Shown piece by piece: positions 17,113 through 26,402 of a DNA stretch of 64,000 bases (position 1 is its first letter; each line of letters starts with the position of its first letter). Below the pieces are notes generated by a model, which was not told the DNA's origin, searched no databases, and was given only the letters and a program-made list of their open reading frames with translations. A program made the translations under genes and the position numbers. Origin of the DNA: Fibrobacteria bacterium (GTDB lineage: Bacteria > Fibrobacterota > Fibrobacteria > UBA11236); NCBI GenBank assembly GCA_043732185.1, contig JAYTHY010000023.1:32001-96000 (forward strand). Reading direction: 5' to 3'.

Positions 17113-18623
17113 AAACAGTGTTGCTTCGCTACCTCATGTTTCCGCTTTTACTTTTAGCCGGCAGTTTATTTGCGTATCGGCTTATCAATATACCGTCGCG
17201 CGTCGAAACTGCGATTTTCTGCATTGGTTTTTTTCTGATCCCGACTTTGAAATATCCAAAGATTGGAATCTACTATCTATTCTGCCTACCGCTCTTTATA
17301 CCCATGTTCCGCCGCATGTACTACCTCGTATCCGAACGACCAACTGTGGATTACCTTCTTCTCATTTCAGATGGAGTGATGGGCGGATTAATTATAGCGC
17401 TCATATTGCTTTGGTTGATCAATAAGGAAAGATCTAAGGACATTATGTCTATGCTCATCATTTCCTATGTTGCCCTGCTTTTCATCAAGGTATTTATCGG
17501 TAACCATGGCTCAACTATAGAGGGACTGTATGGATTCAAGTTCAATGGACTTTATGTTTTCTTTTTCTTTGGATCGAGCTACATCCTTACCACTTTTAAA
17601 GAGACCAAGGCTGTGTACCTGTACGCTTCCATTCTTTTGCTTATCACAGCCCTATATGGCCTCAAGCAAATTCTCTTTGGTTTCACCGGATTTGAACAAA
17701 AATGGCTCGACTCTATTCAATTTACCACACTACGCATTGAAGGGGTGGTGAGACCTTTTTCTACCTACCTATCCCCTGCCGCCATGTCAGACGGTATGAC
17801 GCTTCTATTCATGTTGGGTATCTATTGGATTACTGAAAGTGGCCGTCGCAAAATGCTGTTGGGAATTACACTGGTATTGGCCAGCATACCACCACTCCTC
17901 ATTGCCACCGTGAGAACCAATTGGATGGCGGTAATAGCCGGACTTTTTTTCTTTTTGTTTTTTTTAAGGCTCAAGAAAACCTGGGTCAAAGTAGCCATCA
18001 TGGTAGTCATGGCCTTGGGACTAGTTGGCTATTCCTTAAAAAGTAGTGGCACGCCACAGTATGCCGCTGTCGCACAACAAAGGAGCAGCGGAAAAAACCT
18101 GACCGACATCATGATCAAGAACCGCACGTCTGGCCTTTCCGACCCATTAGCGGAATACAGTGTGCAGAAACGTATTTCCACCTGGACCAGTATTTACATC
18201 GAATCGAGGATCGTGCCTTTTGGAAAAGGTCAGGGCACTACTGGGTATGCACATAGTTACTATTTCCAGGTGCTCGGCGAAATCGGATATCCCGGAATTC
18301 TGTTATTTCTTTCCATCCTGATTGTTGGATTTTATCGTGGTTTTAAGATTCTGTCTCTTTCCCGTGATCCGGAGATGCAGGAACTCACTCGCCTTTTGCT
18401 GACACTAATATTTATGATTTCATTTCTAAACTTGACGGGGACACATTTGCACACACCACCTGGAGATATTTTCTTCTGGTTTACCCTGGGCACTATTTCG
18501 CGTTTCTATCGTCAAACGCTCACGAACTTGGAAAATTTGAATGGGACTGAAACCAAAGTTTCCGTTTCAACTGAAAAACAGATTGCCACAACTAATGAAA
18601 TCGCCGGTGAAGCTCTTGCGTAA
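17109..18623 (+). CDS. O-antigen ligase/Wzy-like polymerase
   Basis: About 11-12 TM segments, TVRTNW, periplasmic loop, PFGKGQG..AHSYYFQVLGEIGYPG (Wzy_C signature). GTG 17109 overlaps previous stop. Confidence 0.82.
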   Translation: MKTVLLRYLMFPLLLLAGSLFAYRLINIPSRVETAIFCIGFFLIPTLKYPKIGIYYLFCLPLFIPMFRRMYYLVSERPTVDYLLLISDGVMGGLIIALILLWLINKERSKDIMSMLIISYVALLFIKVFIGNHGSTIEGLYGFKFNGLYVFFFFGSSYILTTFKETKAVYLYASILLLITALYGLKQILFGFTGFEQKWLDSIQFTTLRIEGVVRPFSTYLSPAAMSDGMTLLFMLGIYWITESGRRKMLLGITLVLASIPPLLIATVRTNWMAVIAGLFFFLFFLRLKKTWVKVAIMVVMALGLVGYSLKSSGTPQYAAVAQQRSSGKNLTDIMIKNRTSGLSDPLAEYSVQKRISTWTSIYIESRIVPFGKGQGTTGYAHSYYFQVLGEIGYPGILLFLSILIVGFYRGFKILSLSRDPEMQELTRLLLTLIFMISFLNLTGTHLHTPPGDIFFWFTLGTISRFYRQTLTNLENLNGTETKVSVSTEKQIATTNEIAGEALA

Positions 18624-19737
18624 ACGATTAGCCGTTGTTGGCCATCCCTTGGCCGCTGTGGAAAACCGTGCCGCCTTTGCAGAGTGGTCGACCTTTGACG
18701 TTAGCCTCATTGTACCAAAAGTCTGGAAAGCTCATTCACTAGGAGTCACCTATCAATGCTCGGATTCTGGAGCCGGGTCGCCGGCCGTGAACAATGCCGC
18801 CGGGCTTTATTCCCGACCCGTTCTAGGCAGTGGATACAATTCCTTTTTTTTATGGATTGGATTGGATCACCTGTTACGGAAATTAAAACCGGAAATCATC
18901 TACTGTTGGGAAGAACCTTGGTGCCTTTCCACATGGCAAGTTAGTCGCATAGCCCGTAACCTCGGCGTTCCCTTGGTATTCTATTCGGCGGAAAACAGAT
19001 CCAAGCACCTTCCCTGGCCCTTTACCTGGCTGCAACGCCAAGCCTTTCGATCGTATACGAGCTGTATTGTGCCTACCCAGGAGGTCTCCGCCCGCATTAT
19101 GGAAGCCGGTTATACTGGTACAGTCCAGGTGATTCCTCTCTGGATAAGGCTACGCCGCCAATTGCATGTCGATTCCGATACTCGCCGCCTCGCCTATGTA
19201 GGTCGACTCATTCCCTTAAAGCGCGTCCACTTACTGGTGCAAAGCCTATGCTTACTCCAAGGATTCCAGCTTCGCATTATCGGGGATGGACCGGAGCGTT
19301 CTAATTTAGAGTGGCTGGCACACAACCTTTGTGTAGCGGACCGAATCGAATTTTGCGGTTACATCCACAATAGTGACTTAGAAAAAAGTTTGGAAGGGGT
19401 GGCCCTCTTAGTCCTACCCACAGCAGAAAACGCCAGGCAAGCGGAGCAATTCGGCAAAGCAGCCTTAGAAGGGATCGCATGCGGATTGCCGGTGTTGGCG
19501 AGTCGAACAGGAAATCTGGCAACCTTATCACAATCCCTACCGACGCTGGTGGCCGTGAACCTTGATTCCGCCGAACAAATGGCCGAAGCTGTGAATGGCA
19601 TTTGGAATAGTTTTCCAAGTCAGGAAAATTTGAATCAAGCTCGTGATCAAGTGCAAAAAAAATATAGTGCATCCGCAGTGGGCCATAGTCTGGAAGCCGC
19701 TTTCGCTACATTGTTGCCAGGAGCAAAGCTATCGTGA
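18595..19737 (+). CDS. Glycosyltransferase family 4
   Basis: YVGRLIPLKRV, IIGDGPE, EQFGKAALEGIACGLPV. Start uncertain (18541, 18595 or TTG 18616). Confidence 0.88.
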   Translation: MKSPVKLLRKRLAVVGHPLAAVENRAAFAEWSTFDVSLIVPKVWKAHSLGVTYQCSDSGAGSPAVNNAAGLYSRPVLGSGYNSFFLWIGLDHLLRKLKPEIIYCWEEPWCLSTWQVSRIARNLGVPLVFYSAENRSKHLPWPFTWLQRQAFRSYTSCIVPTQEVSARIMEAGYTGTVQVIPLWIRLRRQLHVDSDTRRLAYVGRLIPLKRVHLLVQSLCLLQGFQLRIIGDGPERSNLEWLAHNLCVADRIEFCGYIHNSDLEKSLEGVALLVLPTAENARQAEQFGKAALEGIACGLPVLASRTGNLATLSQSLPTLVAVNLDSAEQMAEAVNGIWNSFPSQENLNQARDQVQKKYSASAVGHSLEAAFATLLPGAKLS

Positions 19738-20915
19738 TCCGAAGCAATAGTTTCAGCCGCGCATTAGAAAACATGGCCGTAAAAACATCCATGGCCATCC
19801 TTAAAATATTGGAGAAGGGTAAACCTAAGGCGCAAAAACCAACCGGCGAACACCGTGTGCTTATTTGCAAATGGTGTTGCATGGGAGATGCCATTCTCAG
19901 CCTATATGCCATTCGGGAATTCAAACGTCTCCACGGCAATATCCACATTGAAATGTTGGTCTCGTCGCGAATTGCGGAAGTGTACCGCACGTCTCCGGAC
20001 ATCGACAGGGTATATGTATTACCCGTTACCGGCAGACGCCTGTTGCTTGAACTCATCAACCCGCGCCTATGGTTCCGCTTCTCCTCCATGATTTTTCATT
20101 TACGAGGTCGTCGGTTCGCTCAATTCATCGATTTGGAGCTCTATCGCGGCACAGGCCCATTCCTAAAGCGGCTGTTTGGCATTCCGTACTCTCGTGGCTT
20201 CCAAGTTCAGGGTGCCCTACCCAAGCATCACGATTTCGAAGTCCCGCGAGCGCGCAATATGCTTGAATGGCAATGTTTTTATCTGATATTGGGCCTGGAC
20301 ATTCCTGTCCATAACCCCGCGCCATTGTATAGTCGAAACGAAACGAACACCGTAAAGGGAGAAAAACGCATCGGTATCGTTTACGGTTCCTCTTTCAATT
20401 GGCCCCAGAAAAAATGGCCCCGTGAATTTTTCGCTGAAACCATATTCATACTGGCTAAAGAGGGTTATACATTCCTGTTATTCGGGGATACCCTAGAAAG
20501 AAAAGATAGCGCATGGATAATGGAAAAATGCCGCAGCATGAGTGTAGAACCCGGTAAGTTACTAGACTTAGACGCAGGTACTCTAAGAGATACTACGGGA
20601 ACCCTGGATTTTTTCGGACTCCAGCGCGAAGTGTCCACCTGTGATTTGATTTTTGGAAATGATACAGGAACGCTGCACTTGGCTGCGGCATGTGGAATTC
20701 CGACCATAACGCTATTTGGGCCGACCGACCCAGACAAATGGAACGGCTTAACCTCGACCCCACTATTTTTACCTGACTTGGCCTGCCGACCCTGCTATTA
20801 CCTGGGAAGTATGCCACCTTGTAGTCATTTTTCCTGCCTGAGACAATTGGCTCCTGTAAGAGTAGTTGAACAAATTCGCAGCCTGCTCCCAGTGGCCCCG
20901 TTTTCCAATTCCTAA
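19734..20915 (+). CDS. Glycosyltransferase family 9 (heptosyltransferase-like)
   Basis: MGDAIL, QKKWP, GNDTGTLHLAAACGIPTITLFGPT, C-terminal CRPC..C..SC. Confidence 0.9.
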   Translation: MIRSNSFSRALENMAVKTSMAILKILEKGKPKAQKPTGEHRVLICKWCCMGDAILSLYAIREFKRLHGNIHIEMLVSSRIAEVYRTSPDIDRVYVLPVTGRRLLLELINPRLWFRFSSMIFHLRGRRFAQFIDLELYRGTGPFLKRLFGIPYSRGFQVQGALPKHHDFEVPRARNMLEWQCFYLILGLDIPVHNPAPLYSRNETNTVKGEKRIGIVYGSSFNWPQKKWPREFFAETIFILAKEGYTFLLFGDTLERKDSAWIMEKCRSMSVEPGKLLDLDAGTLRDTTGTLDFFGLQREVSTCDLIFGNDTGTLHLAAACGIPTITLFGPTDPDKWNGLTSTPLFLPDLACRPCYYLGSMPPCSHFSCLRQLAPVRVVEQIRSLLPVAPFSNS

Positions 20916-20967
20916 ATAAAGCAAAGTCTTGCAAAAACTGCCCGGCCCCTTTCGCATTTAAGGCTAA

Positions 20968-21009
20968 ATTTGAAAGGCTGGCAGAGCCATTTGAAGGGCT
21001 GGAAGGGCC
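20968..21009 (+). repeat. Imperfect 2 x 21-bp tandem repeat upstream of mltG
   Basis: ATTTGAAAGGCTGGCAGAGCC / ATTTGAAGGGCTGGAAGGGCC (18/21 identical). Confidence 0.7.
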
Positions 21010-21028
21010 AAAAGGGTTTTAATTTACC

Positions 21029-22126
21029 ATGGTAAATCGAAAAAAAAAGGGCTTTTCAGTTTCAAAGAGTATGGTTCTTTTCATTATTCTCGCGGGAAGC
21101 ATTCTGTACCTGACTTTCCTGCTCACGCAAAAATCAACACCTAAACCTACCCTGGAAACGGGACTGGAAATCGATCCAAAATCTGGATTCATTCTGTACC
21201 AAGTGGCAGCAAATGCCAATTTGACTAGCGTTGCGCAAGACATGGAATCCAAGGGGTTGATTGTAAGCGCCAGGGCTTTCAAATATTTCTTGATCGCCTC
21301 TCGCCAGGATAAAAAAATCAGAGCTGGTTATTTTTACATCAAGCCATCAAACTCGATAGTGGATTTGGTATGGAAACTGACAAGTGGTAAAATGGCCACC
21401 CAAACCGTCACCATTCCAGAAGGAAAAACGTCCTGGGAAATATTCTCGATTCTCCATTCCCGCTTTTCCCTTGACAGCGTGAAGTTCGACTCCTTGGTGC
21501 ATGCGCCCGATTTCGTCCATGGCTTAAAAATAGATGCCACATCATTGGAAGGTTACCTTTTTCCAGACACCTACGTGTTACCCTGGAAGGTTACGGAGCG
21601 TGACGTCATAAAAGTAATGGTTGGCCGTTTCCATGAGGTGAGTCAAGAATTCGACCGTCAAGGTCCTGTTTATTCCAAGTACCATGAACTGGGTTGGCTA
21701 ACTTTGGCATCGATAGTCGAAAAGGAGGCTGCCGTAGCCGCCGAACAAGGAATCATCGCTGGCGTATTCTATAATCGACTGCGACTGGGATGGAGCCTGG
21801 GAGCCGACCCAACGGTGCGCTTCGCGGTTCGCAAACCCACCGGCCCCCTTTTCGTTTCGGATTTGGATAACAATTCGCCGTATAATACCAGGAAATATAC
21901 AGGGTTACCCCCAGGGCCAATTTGCAATCCAGGGCGCGGAGCCTTGCGGGCCGCCTTGAATCCACTTGTGACGGACAAAATGTTTTTTGTTGCCAAAGAC
22001 AACGGATCCCGGGAACATTTTTTCTCTGTAGACAATCCCGAACACTTACGGTTTAAAGCGATGGCTGCGGCCAACCGATTACAACGCAATGCGCCCAAGC
22101 CAAAAGCAGGACGCGACCACCGGTAA
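21029..22126 (+). CDS. mltG: Endolytic transglycosylase MltG (YceG family)
   Basis: N-terminal TM, VTIPEG, LEGYLFPDTY, LASIVEKE, VFYNRL, ADPTV, SPYNT..GLPPGPICNPG. Confidence 0.95.
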   Translation: MVNRKKKGFSVSKSMVLFIILAGSILYLTFLLTQKSTPKPTLETGLEIDPKSGFILYQVAANANLTSVAQDMESKGLIVSARAFKYFLIASRQDKKIRAGYFYIKPSNSIVDLVWKLTSGKMATQTVTIPEGKTSWEIFSILHSRFSLDSVKFDSLVHAPDFVHGLKIDATSLEGYLFPDTYVLPWKVTERDVIKVMVGRFHEVSQEFDRQGPVYSKYHELGWLTLASIVEKEAAVAAEQGIIAGVFYNRLRLGWSLGADPTVRFAVRKPTGPLFVSDLDNNSPYNTRKYTGLPPGPICNPGRGALRAALNPLVTDKMFFVAKDNGSREHFFSVDNPEHLRFKAMAAANRLQRNAPKPKAGRDHR

Positions 22127-22148
22127 TCTAGTCTAATTAAAAATCGAG

Positions 22149-23159
22149 TCAGCCCGAGCGATCTGTCATCAGTCGACAGAGTTTTCGAAGGTGCTGGGAC
22201 GAGGAATTGTCTGGCAGGCTATCCAAGAACGGCATACACGCACTAATCTTGGCAATGGCAATCTCTCTAGCCCTTTGAAAGGCCATATTCGCTTCGAGCA
22301 TGGCATTGATGCTCAACTGACTGCTTTCCAATTCCGAAGAAGCCAGCAAGGTTAACATCCGTTTACGTTCATCCAAATCACAGGACGAAAAAAACAGGAT
22401 GAGCGGCAGGGTAAAATAACCATTTTTTAGATCCGAAAAAGTGCGCTTGTCCAGGTTTTCGGCGCCATATCCGAAGTCCAATAGGTCATCGATGATCTGG
22501 AAAGCCATGCCAAAGTTTCTGCCCACCTCGGCTCCGGCGCGAACCATGTCTTCATCAAATCCTGCCAAGATGGCACCACATTCCCCACAAGCTTGAAGCA
22601 GGGCCGCTGTTTTGCCTTCAATCACCGAAAAATACTGGGCCAGAGAAAGCTCTGCGTTATGTGCTTGGTCCACTTCTAACACTTCGGCCACAATCAAACG
22701 GCTGGAAGCCTTGCTTAAACTTAAAGGTAGGCGATGGTCGCGGTCACTCCAAATCATTTCCATGGATTTGGCCAGCGTATAATCACCAAGTAGGACAGCA
22801 GTGCGATTGCCCCATCGCTGATGAGCCGTCTTCTCATTGCGTCTTAAATCACTGTCATCGATAATATCATCATGCACAAGGGAGGCGAGATGGATGAATT
22901 CAATGGCGGCGGAAACACGCACGGTTCTATCAAACTGCCAGTCGCGGCCGGAAGAGGCCATGAGCAACAGAAAGGTGGAGCGAATTCGTTTACCGCGTCT
23001 GAGCAGTAAGGCATTCAACTGACCTGCAAGTTTGCCAGGAGCATTATCAGCCACTTGAAGCATCACCCGATGGACTTCGTCCAAGCCGGTGCCGACACAA
23101 TTCCGAGCCTCCTTGAGCACTTGCTCGTAGGACAGTTCCTTGGTCAGTAAATTGCTCAC
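22149..23159 (-). CDS. Long-chain trans-polyprenyl diphosphate synthase (IspB/HepT-like)
   Basis: GKRIR, FARM HLASLVHDDIIDD..RR, GKTA, SARM AFQIIDDLLD. Small residues upstream of FARM suggest a long-chain product. Confidence 0.93.
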   Translation of the reverse strand: MSNLLTKELSYEQVLKEARNCVGTGLDEVHRVMLQVADNAPGKLAGQLNALLLRRGKRIRSTFLLLMASSGRDWQFDRTVRVSAAIEFIHLASLVHDDIIDDSDLRRNEKTAHQRWGNRTAVLLGDYTLAKSMEMIWSDRDHRLPLSLSKASSRLIVAEVLEVDQAHNAELSLAQYFSVIEGKTAALLQACGECGAILAGFDEDMVRAGAEVGRNFGMAFQIIDDLLDFGYGAENLDKRTFSDLKNGYFTLPLILFFSSCDLDERKRMLTLLASSELESSQLSINAMLEANMAFQRAREIAIAKISACMPFLDSLPDNSSSQHLRKLCRLMTDRSG

Positions 23160-23300
23160 TCCGGCTCCCTTAATGCTGAAACGCGGCCCGTATGGCCGCG
23201 AACAGGAACGTAGTTTTAATATAATAACTGACCTTCAGGTCTGGGAAAATGTGCCTATATTTGCGGCTCATATTGGGCCGGAAAGAATGGAACGGTACGC

Positions 23301-24152
23301 TTGGGAACCTATTGGTGGATATACTTCGCAACACTTCCGGCTCAAATTGAGTTGGACCAGAGTCAGCTATTTGAATTAGGAGCGACTGGAGTCGAAGAAC
23401 TTGAAGAAACTCAAACTCCCGTGTCGAGTAAAATTTTTCTCAAGGCTTTTTTTGCTAGCCAGGAATCCCAAACAGAAGCTCTGCGGTACTTTCGCGAGCG
23501 GCCCGGGCTTGAAGGCGGCCAAGGAAAAATTGAGGATTGGGACCGTAGTTGGCGGGAACGCCAGACACCAGTAGAGGTTACCTCATCCTTGGTGGTCGTG
23601 CCTCCTTGGATTCTGGCACCGGAGGCCTTCAAGCATGTCATCCGTCTCGAAGCCAAAATGGCATTTGGTACCGGCTCGCATGAAACCACCCGAATCGCTG
23701 CCCGGCTCATTGAAACTCTACCTGCCATCCCCAAAACCGTATTGGATATTGGCACGGGTACTGGACTTTTAGCGCTCTATGCAGGAATTTTGGGTAGTTC
23801 CGAGATTTTGGCTTTGGATATCGACCCTGTGGTGGGTCCGTGTCTAAATGAAAATCTGGCACTCAATCCCTTGCCTGCTTCTTGTCGATTCCGAACTCTG
23901 ATCAGCGAAACCGCCGCGCTCAAATCCAAAACCAAGTTCGACCTTGTCATCTGCAACATGATACGCACCGAACTTTGGCCGTTTAGGGAGGAACTTCGCT
24001 CGCGATTGTCACCAACCGGCCATTTCGTGGTCTCCGGGCAAAGACTGGAAGACAAACCCCATTTCGAAGCCTGGCGCGCTGAATCGCCATTTAAAATAGT
24101 ATCTGAATTGGAAATGGATGGTTGGTGGGGTTTCTCCGCCATTTTGTGCTAA
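23301..24152 (+). CDS. prmA: Ribosomal protein L11 methyltransferase
   Basis: EDWDRSW, VVPPW, MAFGTGSHETT, VLDIGTGTGLLA, DIDP. TTG start uncertain. Confidence 0.9.
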   Translation: MGTYWWIYFATLPAQIELDQSQLFELGATGVEELEETQTPVSSKIFLKAFFASQESQTEALRYFRERPGLEGGQGKIEDWDRSWRERQTPVEVTSSLVVVPPWILAPEAFKHVIRLEAKMAFGTGSHETTRIAARLIETLPAIPKTVLDIGTGTGLLALYAGILGSSEILALDIDPVVGPCLNENLALNPLPASCRFRTLISETAALKSKTKFDLVICNMIRTELWPFREELRSRLSPTGHFVVSGQRLEDKPHFEAWRAESPFKIVSELEMDGWWGFSAILC

Positions 24153-24162
24153 ATTTTTGATC

Positions 24163-25200
24163 ATGATAGCAACACTAAAAAATCGTTCCTTACTCGATGC
24201 CGCACTTGGTCTGGTCCCGGATCATAGTCCTGTTTGGATAATGCGCCAAGCTGGCAGGTATCTTGCGGATTACCGCAAAGTCCGTGCCTTGTTCCCGTCC
24301 TTTATGGATTTTTGCCGCTCACCGGAACATGTTGCAGAAGTCACCATTCAACCTGTTGATCAAATCGGCGTGGACGCGGCTATTTTATTTTCGGATATCT
24401 TGGTCCTTTTACCTCCCATGGGATTGGAGCTCGAGTTCAAGGAGAACAAAGGTCCCGTGATTGCAAATCCATTACGCAGTGATGCGATGATTGCAGCCTT
24501 GCCATCAGGAAATCTGAATACAGAACTGAATTATGTTTTTGAGGGTATCCGGCTTACCAAACGCGCCTTGGATGGACGCGTGCCCTTGATAGGTTTTGCG
24601 GGTGGACCGTTTACTGTTGCATCCTATATGGTGGAAGGCGGATCATCCAAAGAATTGGCGAAGCTGAAAGCCTTGCTATTTACCCGGCCCGAGATGTTCA
24701 AGCTCCTAATGACCAAGCTATCAACGGTTACAGCTGCCTATTTATGCGAACAGATCCGAGCCGGTGTGGACGTGATAACGATTATGGATTCGTGGGCCGG
24801 TTACCTCTCTCCAGAGGATTACCAGGAATATGTTTTTCCACATACCCGATCAATTGTCCTGGCCGTAAGAGAATCGTATCCCAATATTCCAATTATTCAT
24901 TATGCCAATGGCGCACCTACTTTGTTGCCGCACTTTGTTGCCTTAGACGTAAATGTGGTGGGCTTGGACTGGAGAGTGAATTTGTCCGATGTGCTCAAGG
25001 CCTATCCCGGCCAAGTATTTCAAGGAAATATGGATCCCTGCATGCTGTATGCGGATCCAAAACGAATTGCCGACAAAGTCGCCTCTATGAAAACTGCAGT
25101 TGGTACTCGACCTCACATTTTCAATCTTGGCCATGGCATTCTTCCCGATATACCGGTTGAAAACGCCCGAGCCTTTGTACAGGCCGTGCAAGGCAAGTGA
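24163..25200 (+). CDS. hemE: Uroporphyrinogen decarboxylase
   Basis: PVWIMRQAGRYL, DAAILFSDIL, PLIGFAGGPFT, DSWAG, QGNMDP, IFNLGHGI. Confidence 0.97.
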   Translation: MIATLKNRSLLDAALGLVPDHSPVWIMRQAGRYLADYRKVRALFPSFMDFCRSPEHVAEVTIQPVDQIGVDAAILFSDILVLLPPMGLELEFKENKGPVIANPLRSDAMIAALPSGNLNTELNYVFEGIRLTKRALDGRVPLIGFAGGPFTVASYMVEGGSSKELAKLKALLFTRPEMFKLLMTKLSTVTAAYLCEQIRAGVDVITIMDSWAGYLSPEDYQEYVFPHTRSIVLAVRESYPNIPIIHYANGAPTLLPHFVALDVNVVGLDWRVNLSDVLKAYPGQVFQGNMDPCMLYADPKRIADKVASMKTAVGTRPHIFNLGHGILPDIPVENARAFVQAVQGK

Positions 25201-25211
25201 AGTCTCCGCTT

Positions 25212-26297
25212 TTAGCGGATGATCAGCATTGCGTCTCCGTAGCTGAATAGGCGATAGCCTATTTGAAAAGCTTCCGCGTACAATTTTTTCGCCCGGTCCG
25301 TGCCAAGCAGACTGCAAACCAAAATGAAAAGTGTGGACTTGGGCCAATGAAAGTTGGTTAGCAGCCCATCCACTCCCTTCCAACTATACCCGGGATAAAT
25401 AAAAATCTTTGTCTCTCCGCGACCCGGCACAAAAAGTGCTTCTACGGGGCCGAGTGCTTGGGATTCCAGGACTCGGGCGACTGTGGTTCCTACAGCCCAG
25501 ACTTTGCCTCCACCACTGCGAACAGCATTCAGTTTTGCTGCAGATTCTTGCGTAAACTCAAAATGCTCGGCGTGCATGGTATGGTCCTTTAACGATTCCC
25601 CTTTCACCGGCTGAAAAGTTCCAGCTCCAACATGCAGCGTTACTTTTACAATCGTGACGCCACGTGCTTCTATAGCGGACAATATTGGTTCACTAAAATG
25701 GAGGCTGGCTGTAGGCGCGGCCACCGAACCTAGTTTGACTGCAAAGACGCTTTGGTACGAGACATCATCTATGGAATTCGTTTCCCGCTTAATATAGGGT
25801 GGCAGAGGAATTTCCCCAACCGTTTCCAGTTCGGACAAAAATGCAGTAGCATCCATTTCAAAATCCAAATGGCGCGTACCGTCCTCGAGTACTTTTGAAA
25901 CCGTTCCAACAAGCTGGGTTGAAAAGGTGATACGATCCCCTAGCTGAAATCGTTTGGCCGGTTTAACCATCGCCGACCAGCGGCTCAAGACATGTCCTGC
26001 ACCACTTGTATCAGGAACGTTGTCCAAATCAGGACCACTGATCGATGCCAACAGCAGCACTTCCACTTTTGCACCAGAAGCCGTTTTACCTTTTAGTCTT
26101 GCCCGAAGCACGCGTGTGTCATTGAGAACTAATGCGTCTCCCTTTTGCATATAGTCCCCAAATTTGGCCGTTTGGGAATGTACAGGTTCGGATGCCCCAT
26201 TTTGGCTAACAACCATTAAGCGAGCCTCTCCCCTGGCAACAGGCGCATAGGCGATTAATTCTTTTGGGAACAGGAAATCGAAATCCGCAGTTCGCAT
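25212..26297 (-). CDS. queA: S-adenosylmethionine:tRNA ribosyltransferase-isomerase
   Basis: MRTADFDF, LNDTRVL, IPLPPYIKR, GSVAAPTASLHF, TLHVGAGTF, VGTT, TNFHWPKST, YRLFSYGDAM. Confidence 0.97.
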   Translation of the reverse strand: MRTADFDFLFPKELIAYAPVARGEARLMVVSQNGASEPVHSQTAKFGDYMQKGDALVLNDTRVLRARLKGKTASGAKVEVLLLASISGPDLDNVPDTSGAGHVLSRWSAMVKPAKRFQLGDRITFSTQLVGTVSKVLEDGTRHLDFEMDATAFLSELETVGEIPLPPYIKRETNSIDDVSYQSVFAVKLGSVAAPTASLHFSEPILSAIEARGVTIVKVTLHVGAGTFQPVKGESLKDHTMHAEHFEFTQESAAKLNAVRSGGGKVWAVGTTVARVLESQALGPVEALFVPGRGETKIFIYPGYSWKGVDGLLTNFHWPKSTLFILVCSLLGTDRAKKLYAEAFQIGYRLFSYGDAMLIIR

Positions 26298-26353
26298 TAT
26301 TTTCCAAAATAAAGTCGATTGAAGGTGGCCGGAGTCGGATAATATAGTCAAGA

Positions 26354-26380
26354 TGGTGGGCTTTAGTCCAAAGCCCACCA
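26354..26380. repeat. Perfect 11-bp inverted repeat in divergent queA / methyltransferase spacer
   Basis: TGGTGGGCTTT-AGTCC-AAAGCCCACCA. Confidence 0.75.
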
Positions 26381-26402
26381 ACTCAGGAATAGGGATTGGT
26401 AT

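Noticed and set aside
21040..21048. A9 tract at the 5' end of mltG as a phase-variation site
   Set aside because: In frame, encodes the usual basic residues before the TM helix. No evidence of slippage.
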